A stretch of 64,000 bases of DNA from an uncultured Gemmatimonadales bacterium (GTDB lineage: Bacteria; Gemmatimonadota; Gemmatimonadetes; Gemmatimonadales; Gemmatimonadaceae). Under the pieces are notes generated by a model, which was not told where the DNA came from, ran no database searches, and worked only from the letters and a program-made list of their open reading frames with translations. Every line of letters begins with the position of its first letter. Positions within the stretch are counted from its first letter, which is position 1. The stretch lies in NCBI GenBank assembly GCA_963707505.1, contig CAVPQB010000004.1, positions 768,001 to 832,000 of the forward strand. Direction: 5' to 3'. Positions 39,900 to 52,201 of this stretch are shown here, piece by piece. The translations under genes and the position numbers were made by a program.

Positions 39900-40223
39900 T
39901 TACGTTCTGTCTGGAGTGTCCAGGTCCGGCTTCACTACCGTCACGGACTCGGAGGGAAGCACACCGGGGATGTCTCGCAGCCCGCAGGTGTGTTGTGGAA
40001 ACGAATCGTCGATCAGCACTTCCGCCAACTGTTGTCCGCGCCCGCCACGAACCCAGGCCAGCTCACCGTTGGACAGAATGCGAAACCGTGCGTCCACGCC
40101 TGACAGTCTAACCTGTGGACCGCGCTCGGGGTCGTCCTTCCTCGTAGCCACGTAATCGATAACGCGCAGCTCCGGTTGGAAACCCTTTATGTCCACGGTC
40201 GGACGCGAGCCAAAAAACTTCAT
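39900..40223 (-). CDS. Hypothetical protein (107 aa)
   Basis: Tightly packed in the operon, with a 1-bp overlap upstream and a 2-bp gap downstream. Confidence 0.7.
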   Translation of the reverse strand: MKFFGSRPTVDIKGFQPELRVIDYVATRKDDPERGPQVRLSGVDARFRILSNGELAWVRGGRGQQLAEVLIDDSFPQHTCGLRDIPGVLPSESVTVVKPDLDTPDRT

Positions 40224-40588
40224 CAGTGTGTGACAGCTATATAAGAATTGGAGTCAGCTTCATGTGAGACGAGCGACATCCCGTGGCGCTCGAGGACAAC
40301 ATCGATCGCTTCGATGTGTGACTCGCTGAGCCCCGTGAAGACGAACGTCGGCGTTCCCTTTTCGTGCTGCATGACCAGCTTTGCAACTATCTCGTCGGCG
40401 CATGAGAAATCCATCATCCCGACCTGGGAGAAGTCGATCACAGTGACCTCGCAATCGCTCGCGGCCTGGATTTGCGCCTCTATATACACGCGAACCGCCA
40501 CGCCGGTCGGGCGCGTGACGAGATTCGAGTAGGTCTCGGAAACTGCATGCCGCAGCACGCTGCTCACGTCGATGTGGTTCTTCATCAT
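40223..40588 (-). CDS. STAS-like (DUF4325-type) protein
   Basis: LVTRPTG...VIDFSQVGMMDFSCADEIV resembles the STAS DFxxVxxxxxS motif; overlaps the upstream gene. Confidence 0.65.
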   Translation of the reverse strand: MMKNHIDVSSVLRHAVSETYSNLVTRPTGVAVRVYIEAQIQAASDCEVTVIDFSQVGMMDFSCADEIVAKLVMQHEKGTPTFVFTGLSESHIEAIDVVLERHGMSLVSHEADSNSYIAVTH

Positions 40589-41469
40589 CGGTCAACGCGC
40601 TCTGGAATTGTGATCTGAATCTGGGCACCCGGAAATGCCGGGAGGTTTTCCTGTAGTGGTACGTCATCGTCCCACGTGGGGACGATCGCCAGGCGTGCGG
40701 TGCCGCTCCGCACCGAGAACTTGCCGTCCCACCTTCCTATGAATCTCCGGACGCCAGCGAGGCCCTGGCCGCGTCCCGTGTCCCGGAACCGGCTCACGCC
40801 ACGCATCACCGCCTCCTCGAGCGCCATTCCGTCGTCCCAGCGGTCGGATCTCGGACGGCCCGGTGCAGATTCGAGCGACGCTCTGAATCCGCGCCCGGCG
40901 TCGCAGACAGCGATCACCAGCACGCGACGTCCGCCCAGCCGCTTCTGCCAGCGGTAGCTGTTCACCGCGACCCAGCCGCCGTGCTCCGCGTGCTCCACGA
41001 TGTTCTGGCAGGTCTCCGACAGCGCCATCGTGAATCGCATGGTCGCCGTTGCATCCAGCTTGAGCTCGTTCACGAGGATCGACTGTGCCCGCTGCTGCAC
41101 CTTGTCCACGACGGTGTGAACGTCCTCGCTCGCGTTCACCGGCGTAACCTCCAGCAGCACAGCCGGCTCGCTCTGCCGTCCGCGTGGCACCGATCCCACT
41201 ATGTCGTACAGGTCCGCCGCATAGCGAAAGAATCCGGCGCGCGCCCAGTACAACGCGACGTCGTCAGCCTCCGGCACCGCAAGACTGGGGCGCTCCAGTC
41301 GCGTTTGTGCGAGCGCGAGCAGGGCGGTGAGGCCGTAAGGTGACGCCCACCGTGCATGACGCGCATCGATGAGAACCTTGTCATCGCGCTGGAGTCGCGA
41401 CAACGGCTCCAGTATCTGCTCGAACGTGGCGTCATCCAGAGATGGTGGAACAGTGATGACGTTCGTCAC
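40585..41469 (-). CDS. HATPase_c (anti-sigma-factor kinase-like) protein with STAS-like N-terminus
   Basis: N-box SETCQNIVEHA, G1 CDAGRG, G2 GRGQGL; no His-kinase H-box. Confidence 0.75.
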   Translation of the reverse strand: MTNVITVPPSLDDATFEQILEPLSRLQRDDKVLIDARHARWASPYGLTALLALAQTRLERPSLAVPEADDVALYWARAGFFRYAADLYDIVGSVPRGRQSEPAVLLEVTPVNASEDVHTVVDKVQQRAQSILVNELKLDATATMRFTMALSETCQNIVEHAEHGGWVAVNSYRWQKRLGGRRVLVIAVCDAGRGFRASLESAPGRPRSDRWDDGMALEEAVMRGVSRFRDTGRGQGLAGVRRFIGRWDGKFSVRSGTARLAIVPTWDDDVPLQENLPAFPGAQIQITIPERVDR

Positions 41470-42452
41470 GTTAGCGAGAGTTCTCCGCGCAGGTAGCTCG
41501 CGAGGCTCGTTGCCCCGCGGTGGGTAAGATTGCGCGACGCCGCAAGCATCGCGGCGTCGATCGCGTCGCCTAACTTATCACCTGCAAGCAGTCGTGCGAA
41601 ATGGGTTGCGCCCCAGACATCGCCACATCCGGTTGGATCACCTGTTCCGGTCACGATTGCCGGAACCGCCGGCACCCGCGCAGTTCGTATGGCGCCCCCA
41701 AGCGCGGCCGATGCCGGAAGTTTTGTCCGTTTGATATCGGACAGTTGTTCGAATTTCGGCGCGGCGAAGTAAATGACCCCCTTGGGTCCCAAGGTCACAT
41801 TTATGACGGAAACGCCAGAGGCCATTGCAGTCGCCGCCAGTGCCATCGCGTCGGGCGCCAGCAGCGCGAGCTCATCCTCGTTCACCTGGAGCAGATCGAA
41901 GCACTGCATCCAGCCTGCGATGTTCGGAACGAGGTGAGGCACGCGAAATCCCTCCGGATCCACTGCCAGCAGCAACGAATGCATGTCGCAGTAGATGACG
42001 CCGCCGAAATACTGCCGGATCAACTGAGCGGTCTCGAGTGACAGCTCCCAGCCGCTGATGAGATTGACATACAATGCGTCCAGTCCGACGAGCAGAGGCT
42101 TGAGCCCGAGCCAGTGCCAGCCCGGGATGCCGCCGGTGAGCTGTTCGGTGCGCCGCTCGCTGCTCTCGTAGCGCAACGTTACGCGGTTGTTTGGATAAGG
42201 CACTTCGATCACCGCCGCATCAGTCGCCAGATGCCGCAGTGTCGCGAGATAATCGCGCGCGCGTTGCGCCAGGTCGCTTCCGACCTTGATGAGTGGAACG
42301 ATCTCCCATTCTTCGCTCAGCGCCGCATCGAGGCCGGCGAGCGCGTAGGTGATTCCGCCCCACTCGTTGACAGGAGCCTGTGACGGATCTCTGCCGTGTA
42401 TCTCGTCCCAGACGAACGTGCCGATGACGCCAAGCCGGCGCCGCGCGCGCAT
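41466..42452 (-). CDS. PfkB-family carbohydrate kinase
   Basis: WGGITY, QVNEDE, VTLGPKG, DPTGCGDVWG. Confidence 0.82.
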   Translation of the reverse strand: MRARRRLGVIGTFVWDEIHGRDPSQAPVNEWGGITYALAGLDAALSEEWEIVPLIKVGSDLAQRARDYLATLRHLATDAAVIEVPYPNNRVTLRYESSERRTEQLTGGIPGWHWLGLKPLLVGLDALYVNLISGWELSLETAQLIRQYFGGVIYCDMHSLLLAVDPEGFRVPHLVPNIAGWMQCFDLLQVNEDELALLAPDAMALAATAMASGVSVINVTLGPKGVIYFAAPKFEQLSDIKRTKLPASAALGGAIRTARVPAVPAIVTGTGDPTGCGDVWGATHFARLLAGDKLGDAIDAAMLAASRNLTHRGATSLASYLRGELSLT

Positions 42453-43444
42453 CAGAGCGAGCCCAGCACTCGTTCCTTGAACGTCGCTACCGCGCCGACA
42501 ACGCCGGCCGACATCGGAAGCGAGCCGAGCACGATCTTGCAGGAATCCACTGCGGTCTTGAATGCGCGACGCTTCACCTCGGCCTGCAACGGTAGCATCA
42601 GCGCTTCGCCAGCCTGCGTCACGCCGCCGGCGAGCACGACCGTATCCGGATTGAAGATGTTGATGAGGTTCGACAATCCGGTGCCGAGAAAGCGCGCCGT
42701 GTCGCGGACAACTTCTCTCGCCACCGTATCACCGCGCCGCGCGGCCTCGTACACGATGTGCGCAGTCAGTCGCGATAGATCTCCATCCACGAGCGTATCG
42801 ATCGTTGGGCTCGGATCACTCTCCAGCGCCTCGCGTGCGCGCTCCGCAATGGCGGGACCCGAGCAGTACGCTTCCAGGCAACCATAATTACCGCACTTGC
42901 ACCGTCGCCCGTTCGATTCGATGGAAGTGTGACCGATCTCTCCGGCGGCGTCCGACACGCCGTGATACAATCTCCCATCGAGCACGAGTCCGCCGCCAAT
43001 TCCGGTGCCGAGCGTCATGCCTATCACATCGCGTCCGCCGCGCGCGGCGCCGCGCCAGAATTCACCGAACGTTGCGCAGTTGGCGTCGTTGTCGAGTGTC
43101 GCGCGCATGTTGACGCGGCTCGCGATCTCATCGCGCAGTGGATAGTCGCGCCATCCGAGATTGGGGGTGAATATCACCACGCCGCGCTCGCGATCGAGCG
43201 GACCCGGCGATCCGATTCCGACGCCGAGTATGTCGTCGCGGCTGGCACCGGTCTCCGTGTTGAGTGCGATGACCACGCTCTCGATCATCGCTGCGATCCG
43301 GTCTGAAACCGCGTTGGCGCCCAGATCCGCACGCGTCGGAAGCGTACGCAACCCGATCTCGCGACTCCCGTCGATCGGCATCGCGCCAACGGACAGATTT
43401 GTGCCGCCAAGATCGACGCCAATGATGTATTGCTCACGATTCAT
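42452..43444 (-). CDS. ROK-family sugar kinase (glucokinase-like)
   Basis: GVDLGGT, DNDANCA, TLGTGIGGG, GEIGH...CKCGNYGCLEAY. Confidence 0.92.
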   Translation of the reverse strand: MNREQYIIGVDLGGTNLSVGAMPIDGSREIGLRTLPTRADLGANAVSDRIAAMIESVVIALNTETGASRDDILGVGIGSPGPLDRERGVVIFTPNLGWRDYPLRDEIASRVNMRATLDNDANCATFGEFWRGAARGGRDVIGMTLGTGIGGGLVLDGRLYHGVSDAAGEIGHTSIESNGRRCKCGNYGCLEAYCSGPAIAERAREALESDPSPTIDTLVDGDLSRLTAHIVYEAARRGDTVAREVVRDTARFLGTGLSNLINIFNPDTVVLAGGVTQAGEALMLPLQAEVKRRAFKTAVDSCKIVLGSLPMSAGVVGAVATFKERVLGSL

Positions 43445-44457
43445 CGAACTGTCTCCTCGGAAATGACGGATCGCACAACGCCGGCCACCTCGTCAGCGGT
43501 AATTTCGTTCATGCAGCGCCAGTGGCCCAGCGGACACACGCGCGGTCCGTGCCTGTCACACGGCCGGCAGGCGAGCGACTTGTTGCCCACCGTGCGCGAG
43601 CCCGGCGCCAACGGACCGAAGCCGAACTCCGGCACGGTGGGTCCGAAGATCGTCACAGTCGGAGTGCCCATCGCCGAAGCGAGGTGCTGAGGCGATGAGT
43701 CGTTGGTCGCCAGCACCAGACTCCTCCGGATCAGCTCAGCCGATCCCAGCAAGGACAATTTATCAGTCGCGTCGACAACTCGCTCGCGATCTACGCACCG
43801 AGTGATCTCCTCAGCCGCTGCGAGATCGCCCGCTCCTCCGACTATCGCGATGTCATACTGATCGGCAAACATCGCTGCGAGCTCGCCGTATCCCGGCCAT
43901 TGTTTGGTCGGCCACGCACTGCCCGGTGCGAGCGCGATCATCGGACGATTTCGATGCCGCAACAATTCATCGACGGCGCTGATGTCGTGATCAGTCGGAT
44001 GGAGTCGCGGCCTGATCGCAGCGTCGCTCGGTCCGGTAGATGCTGCCGCGAGCGGGAGATCGCCGAGCGAGAGCAGGCGGCGCGCATGATGCCAGTCGTC
44101 CCGATATTCGACTCGCTCGGTGTATGTCCACCGCCCATCCGACGTTGTGAATCCGGTGCGCTCGCTGCATCCGGCGGCAAATGCGAGTGCGCCGCTGCGC
44201 GTTGAGCCCTGACAGAGAAATGCGCGACGCGATCCGCGGACTCGACGCGCCATCCGGAGAAAGCCTGCTATTCCGCTGTCGGATTTGCGTTTGTCGTAGA
44301 CGAACAGCCGCGATACGGATGGATGCGACGCCAGCAGCGTTGCGCCGGGCGGCGTGGTGACGACGTCCACTTCTCCGTCCTGCGCCAGCCGCGCGATGAG
44401 CGGCGTCGTCAGTACGACGTCGCCGATGAAGCTCGTCTGGACAACGAGCGACCGCAA
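43441..44457 (-). CDS. waaF: Glycosyltransferase family 9, LPS heptosyltransferase II-like
   Basis: IGDVVLTTP, APGSAWPTKQW, NDSSPQHLA, FGPT, CRPC...CPLGHWRCM. Confidence 0.8.
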   Translation of the reverse strand: MRSLVVQTSFIGDVVLTTPLIARLAQDGEVDVVTTPPGATLLASHPSVSRLFVYDKRKSDSGIAGFLRMARRVRGSRRAFLCQGSTRSGALAFAAGCSERTGFTTSDGRWTYTERVEYRDDWHHARRLLSLGDLPLAAASTGPSDAAIRPRLHPTDHDISAVDELLRHRNRPMIALAPGSAWPTKQWPGYGELAAMFADQYDIAIVGGAGDLAAAEEITRCVDRERVVDATDKLSLLGSAELIRRSLVLATNDSSPQHLASAMGTPTVTIFGPTVPEFGFGPLAPGSRTVGNKSLACRPCDRHGPRVCPLGHWRCMNEITADEVAGVVRSVISEETVR

Positions 44458-44460
44458 CGG

Positions 44461-46257
<1,797 letters not shown>

Positions 46258-46333
46258 TCGGGGCTTTGGGGAGATTTTCAGGCCTAGCCCTCAAATATAC
46301 CGGAAGGGAGGGTGATTCCCCCTACGGGCGCCC

Positions 46334-47286
46334 CTACGGGCGCCCCTGCGGTTGCATCGGCGGCCTCGGAGACGAATGCGGGCGGGGCAGTACCGGCGCC
46401 TGAATCTGCTGCTGGTCCAACCGCTGGCGGCCACGTTGCAGCGAACGCGGCCGCGCAAATGCCGCGCACGGCGTCGTGTACGGAGCGAGCGTGCCGTCCG
46501 GACAGTGTCTCAGGGAATGCGTGCGTGGATCGCGGCTGTACCGGCTGTCGGTCCCATAGCCGTACCCGTCACGGTTGTCGTATCCGCGGTTGTAGCTGTA
46601 ACACTGTAACCACTGTAACCACTGTAGCCGTAGCCGCCCTGATATCGAAAGTCATCGTAGCCGCGGCGATACGGCGACGCACCCCACGGGTCCTCGTAGC
46701 CGCCGTAGTAGCCGTAATTGTCGTCGTATCGCACTCCATGCTGATAGGACGCGCGTCCGCCGCCGTCGCGGCCGATCTCATACGGAGCGTAGGCGATCGA
46801 ATACGTTCCTCGCTGCCCCACGCTCGACCGCGCGAAGCGGTCGACGAGCTCGAATGGGTCGGCGCCGGCACGTTCGCCAAGGGTCCCCACATTCCAGCTG
46901 TTTCCGCGCCCACGGTAATTCCTGAAGTCGAACGGCGTGCTGGATGCCACCGCGAACACATAGCCAACGCCCTCCGTCGGATCCGCCTGGAACGGAACCG
47001 CCATACCCGAACGAGTCGCAGCGAATCTCGAACGCTCGTTCGGTTGGCGTGGAGACAGCACCGTAAGCCGGCCATCGGTGTCGACGCGGAGCACCGTCAC
47101 ATAGCTGCCGGCATCGCCCGAATACATGACGCGTCCGGGCTGGCCGCGATCGAATTCGTTCCCCTGCTCGAACCAGACGTCCACGTTCGGCGCGCGCTGC
47201 GCGGCGAGCAGCGCTGGCGTGGCCGCCGAGGCGCCGATCAGTAGCGGGAGCAGCAGGCGCGACGCGACAGCTTGCGTAAGGTTCAT
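46334..47286 (-). CDS. Exported DUF4384-like protein with Tyr/Gly-rich tail; one apparent frameshift at about 46602
   Basis: Signal peptide, YVTVLRVDTDGRLTVLSP, GYVFAVAS; GGAGG RBS. Adding one base in the GGTTACAGT repeat continues YSYNRGYDNRDGYGYG to a stop at 46334. As written it stops at 46510. Confidence 0.7.
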
Positions 47287-47375
47287 GTGATGCCTCCTCC
47301 AGAGACTACCCCAAATTATGTTGCAGTTTCCCGGTTCGGATCAAGTTTCCGGGCGGGGTCCTGTAAATAAGTGGG

Positions 47376-50300
47376 TTGATGGCCTTACCAACGATTATCG
47401 ACGCGGTAGAAGCGCTTCCCGCGTTCACGCGGTTGGCGAACACGGTGCCCGGCGCCGGAAAACGTCTTACCGTGGCTGGGTTGCATGGCTCGAGTGCTGC
47501 GGCGATGGTCGCGGCGCTGGCCCGAAGGATGGAGCGACGCTTCTTTGTGATCGTCGCCGAGAATGTCGGGGACGCCGAACGCTGGCTCGCCGACCTCGAG
47601 TCGTTGGATGGAGGCGACTCGGTAGCCTTCTATCCGCCGCGCGAGAGTTTTGGCGAAGCAGAGCCGCACGCGGAGGTCGCGGGCGAGCGCGTCGAGACGC
47701 TCGAGCGCGCAGCCCGCGGCGATGTGCGAGTACTCATCACGACCGCACGCGCGATAATGGAGCGCACGCGGCTCCCTGCGATTCTGCAGCACGGTCGTCT
47801 CGAATTGAAGAAGGGTGACGTACGCAAGCTGGGCGAGCTGATCGAGCATCTCGATTCCATAGGATTCGAGCGTGTCGACATGGTCGAGGATGTCGGACAG
47901 TTCAGCGTGCGCGGCGGAATCTTCGATGTGTACGGATTCGGAATGGCGAATCCGGTACGCATGGAGTTCTGGGGCGACGAGATCTCCGAGCTGAGACATT
48001 TCGATCTCACCACGCAACGCTCGACACGCGATGCGGAAGTCGCACTGATACTTCCGGCGGATGGCGTTGCAGCGAAGCGCGCGAGCGGCCGCAAGCGCGA
48101 CGTAAAGGCTGCGGAACGCGCCGGTGATCGTGTGGCGATAACCGATCTCTGGGCCGCCGACACTCTCGTCATCGTTCCGTCTGAGTCGCACGTTGCACCC
48201 GAGATGCGACGCACCTGGGATGAAGCGCAGCATCATCTACTGCTCGCGATGCGTCGCGGTGAGGATGTCCTGACGCGCGACGAGCTGTACGTCGCTCCGG
48301 CCACAGCCGCACGCACGCTCGGCTCGTTCGGCACCATCGCACTCGAGGGAGAAGGCGAGCCGGATGTCGGATTCCCATTCCGTGCGCCCGAAACGATCAA
48401 TCGCGATCTCAAATTACTGAACCGCATAGTGCGCGACGGCGTGCCGACTCTGATCCTGTGCGACAACGCGGGTCAGATCGAACGCCTTGAAGAATTGCTC
48501 ACGACGAGCGCGCGCGATCCGATGCCTGCGGGATTGGTACTCGGCGTACTGGCCGGCGGATTCTTTCTTCCCCCACGCGGAACGGATCCGGGTTTTCGCG
48601 TCCTCACGGACCACGAGATATTCAGGCGCGAGCGACGCATTCGGCGCGCGCGCAAGTACATCACCGGTGGTGGCATCGACACACTCGGTGCGATCACGCC
48701 GGGCGATTACGTAGTGCACCTGGAGCACGGCATCGGTATCTACCGCGGCATCGAGCAGCTTTTCGTCAAGGAAGCGACAGTCGAAGTTGCTGTGATCGAG
48801 TACGAAGGCGGCGACAGGCTCAACGTTCCGCTGTATCGCATCGATCAGATCGAGCGGTACCGCGCGGCGTCCGACGTTGGCGACGACGTTCCGCCGCCGC
48901 GCCTTCACAAACTCGGTGGACGGCGCTGGGGTCAACAGCGCGACCGCACGCGCGCAGCGATTCAGGAGATGACCGTCGAGCTGCTGGATCTGTATGCGCG
49001 TCGAAGCGTCGCGACGCGTTCTCCTGCATTGCCCGATACGACGTGGCAACGCCAGCTCGAATCGTCTTTTCTATTCGAGGACACCAACGATCAGCGCAAG
49101 GCGACGGTCGATGTGAAGGGCGACATGGAGCGTCCGCGTCCGATGGATCGCCTCCTTGTGGGTGACGTCGGTTACGGCAAGACGGAGATCGCGGTACGCG
49201 CAGCGTTCAAGGCGGTGCAGTCCGGACGGCAGGTCGCTGTGCTCGTTCCGACCACCATTCTCGCCGATCAGCATGCGCGCACTTTCGGCGATCGCTTCGC
49301 GGATTTTCCCATCAACGTGAAGGTGATGAGCCGGTTCCAGACGCATAAGGAGCAGCTCGAGACACTCAAGGAAGTCGCGGCAAAAAAGGTGGATGTCGTG
49401 ATCGGCACGCATCGTCTCTTGAGCCCCGACGTGACATTCGGCGATCTCGGTCTCATCATCATCGATGAGGAGCATCGCTTCGGTGTGAAGCACAAGGAAC
49501 GCCTCAAGCAGCTGCGACTGGAGACGGACGTGCTCACCCTTACCGCGACGCCGATCCCGCGCACGCTGCACCAGTCGCTGGCGGGGTTGCGCGACATGAC
49601 GCTGATGCAGACGCCGCCGCGCGACCGCTCACCGGTTCTCACCTACGTCGAGCCGTGGGACGAGGCATTGATAGAGGAGGGAATCTCACGCGAGCTGGAT
49701 CGCGGCGGACAGGTTTTCTTCGTGCACAATCGCATCGAGACGATCGACGCCATCGCGCAGCACATTGGCAGGCTCGTGCCTCGGGCGCGCATCGCAGTCG
49801 GTCACGGTCAGATGCGCGAGCGTGAGCTCGAAGAAGTGATGCGTCGCTTCGTTCAGGGTGAAGTGGATGTGCTCGTCTCGACCATGATCGTCGAGTCGGG
49901 TCTCGACGTTCCGAACGCGAATACGATGTTCGTGAATCGCGCCGACATGTTCGGCCTGGCGCAGCTGTATCAGCTGCGCGGACGCGTCGGACGCTCACAC
50001 AGGCGCGCCTATTGTTATCTGCTTGCCGCCGATGGAATGGACGACGATTCAGAGCGTCGTCTCAAGATTCTCGAGCATCATACAGAGCTCGGATCCGGCT
50101 ACAGAATCGCGCTCAAGGACATGGAGCTGCGCGGCGCCGGCAACCTGCTCGGTCCCGAACAGTCTGGCTTCGTGCACGCCGTGGGCTTCGATCTGTATCT
50201 CAAGATGCTCGAGGAAACCGTCCAGCGAGTGATGCGCGGCGCCGACGGCCCCAAGCTGCAACCCGCCGATATTTCGCTCGACGTCGCAGCGTACATCCCC

Positions 50301-50711
50301 GACGAGTACATGCCTTCGCAGGATGCCAAGCTCGACGTCTATCGCCGTCTCACCTCGATGACGGAGCCGGAAGAGATAGCCGGACTTCGCGCGGAAGTGC
50401 GGGACCGATTTGGGACATTGCCCCCCGAGGCGGCTCATTTTTTCATGGCCGCAACCCTGCGCGTGCTGGGGGGCCGGATCGGGATCGAAACTCTCTCGGT
50501 GCGGGGCAACGAGGCCCGTATTACCTTTAGAGGCTCGGCGGTCCCATCCATGAAGGGGATCTCTTCGGCGTTCCACGAGGTACAATTTCAGGCCGAGGTG
50601 CGCCGCGCGCATCCATTATCGCTCAAGCTCACCCGGCTCGGCGGCGCGTCCGTGCTGGATGGGCTCGTCCACGCACTCACGTTGATCAAACCCACTCCAA
50701 CAACAAGATGA
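47376..50711 (+). CDS. mfd: Transcription-repair coupling factor
   Basis: FSVRGGIFD, GDYVVHLEHGIG, GDVGYGKTE, IIDEEHRFG, TATPIPRTL, QLRGRVGRS. Confidence 0.97.
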   Translation: MMALPTIIDAVEALPAFTRLANTVPGAGKRLTVAGLHGSSAAAMVAALARRMERRFFVIVAENVGDAERWLADLESLDGGDSVAFYPPRESFGEAEPHAEVAGERVETLERAARGDVRVLITTARAIMERTRLPAILQHGRLELKKGDVRKLGELIEHLDSIGFERVDMVEDVGQFSVRGGIFDVYGFGMANPVRMEFWGDEISELRHFDLTTQRSTRDAEVALILPADGVAAKRASGRKRDVKAAERAGDRVAITDLWAADTLVIVPSESHVAPEMRRTWDEAQHHLLLAMRRGEDVLTRDELYVAPATAARTLGSFGTIALEGEGEPDVGFPFRAPETINRDLKLLNRIVRDGVPTLILCDNAGQIERLEELLTTSARDPMPAGLVLGVLAGGFFLPPRGTDPGFRVLTDHEIFRRERRIRRARKYITGGGIDTLGAITPGDYVVHLEHGIGIYRGIEQLFVKEATVEVAVIEYEGGDRLNVPLYRIDQIERYRAASDVGDDVPPPRLHKLGGRRWGQQRDRTRAAIQEMTVELLDLYARRSVATRSPALPDTTWQRQLESSFLFEDTNDQRKATVDVKGDMERPRPMDRLLVGDVGYGKTEIAVRAAFKAVQSGRQVAVLVPTTILADQHARTFGDRFADFPINVKVMSRFQTHKEQLETLKEVAAKKVDVVIGTHRLLSPDVTFGDLGLIIIDEEHRFGVKHKERLKQLRLETDVLTLTATPIPRTLHQSLAGLRDMTLMQTPPRDRSPVLTYVEPWDEALIEEGISRELDRGGQVFFVHNRIETIDAIAQHIGRLVPRARIAVGHGQMRERELEEVMRRFVQGEVDVLVSTMIVESGLDVPNANTMFVNRADMFGLAQLYQLRGRVGRSHRRAYCYLLAADGMDDDSERRLKILEHHTELGSGYRIALKDMELRGAGNLLGPEQSGFVHAVGFDLYLKMLEETVQRVMRGADGPKLQPADISLDVAAYIPDEYMPSQDAKLDVYRRLTSMTEPEEIAGLRAEVRDRFGTLPPEAAHFFMAATLRVLGGRIGIETLSVRGNEARITFRGSAVPSMKGISSAFHEVQFQAEVRRAHPLSLKLTRLGGASVLDGLVHALTLIKPTPTTR

Positions 50712-52196
50712 AATCAGCTTCGCTCGCCCTTGCCGCTGCCGCGGCTTTCGTTGTAACCGCGACAGCGTGTGCGGGCCTCAAGGAAGCGATGAGCGCGCAC
50801 GTCGATACGGCAGCAAAGGCCGGATCCCAGGAACTCTCCGTCGATCGTCTCGCCAAGCTGCTTGGTGAAGCGACGGTACCGCCTCGCAAGGACGTCGCGC
50901 AGGCGATCGCCAATGCGTGGGTCGATTACGAGCTGCTCGGCCAGACCGCCGCGAAGGGCGACACCGTCGTCACCGACAAGGCGCTCGACTCGGCGCTGTG
51001 GGCACCGATCTCATCGCTCAAGGCGAAGAAGTACTACGAGATGGTCTCGAAGGATTGGGGTACGCCGGATACCGCATCTGCACGCAAGATGTTCGAGAAC
51101 GGCGACATTCTCGCTGCATCGCACATCCTGATCCTCACCAAGGGTGAGCCAGCCGACCAGAAGGCGGCTGCAAAAAAGAAGATCGACGCACTGCGCGCTC
51201 AGGCAACGTCGGCGAATTTCGCCGCACTCGCCAAGGCCAACAGCCAGGACACGCCGTCAGCAGCGCGCGGCGGCTCACTCGGCTTGTTCAAAAAGGGTGC
51301 AATGGTTCCGCAGTTCGAGCAGGCGTTGCTCGCGCTCAAGCCTGGCGAGATCTCGCCGGTCATCGAAACCGAGTACGGCTACCACATCATTCGCCGCCCG
51401 ACGTACGACGAAGTGAAGGATGAACTGCTTCAGGCGTCCAAGGGTCGCTCGATGCAGGTCGCCGAGAGCACGTTCGTCGCGAAGCTTCAGTCGGATGGCA
51501 AGATCGACATGGAGAAGGATGCCGCCACAACCGCGCGCGTCGTAGTGGCAGACCCGGATGCACATCGCAACGACAAGACGCACGATTGCAAACTCGACAG
51601 CGGGCAAGTTCACCGCCGCCGAGCTGGCACGATGGATCGCGACGTTCCCGCCGATGCAACAGTCGCAGCAGCGTGGACAGTTGCAGAACGCGCCGGATTC
51701 GATCGTCGTGATGTTCGTCAAGAATTTCATCACCAACGATCTCGTTCTGCGCGCCGCGGACAACGCCAAGATCGGACCGACGCCGGAAGAGATGACCCAG
51801 CTTCACAACGCGTTCTTCCAGTCGCGCGATGCGGCGTGGACGCAGCTCGGTATCGATCCCAAGTCGCTTGCGGACAGCGCGAAGACCGAAGCCGATCGCA
51901 TCAAGCTCGCCTCGTCTCGTGTTGACAAGTACATGGATGCTCTCGTCGGTGGCCAGGCTCAGTTCGTTCAGATTCCGGAGCCTGTCGCGCGCGTGCTGCG
52001 TGACCAGACCACGTCCAGCGTCAATTCAGCTGGCATCGATCGCGCAGTGGAGCGCGCGGTGAAGGCGCACGCGACGGCGGATTCCGCTTCTCGCGCCAGT
52101 ACGCCCGCGACCGCTGTACCAATGCCTAACGGCGCAGCGCCTGGAAGCGCCGCGTCGCCTGCACAGCCAGCCAACCCAACTCCGAAGAAGCCGTAG
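50708..52196 (+). CDS. Parvulin-type peptidyl-prolyl isomerase lipoprotein; one apparent frameshift at about 51581
   Basis: Lipobox ATAC, ASHILI, GGSLG.F..GAMVPQFE, ETEYGYHII. Deleting c51581 gives NDKTTIANSTAGKF and joins ORF 51558-52196. Confidence 0.85.
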
Positions 52197-52201
52197 TCAT
52201 C

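Noticed and set aside
46319..46351. CCCCTACGGGCG tandem as a GTAG-family REP element
   Set aside because: Only two and a half direct copies with no palindromic partner; better explained as a local duplication around a stop codon.
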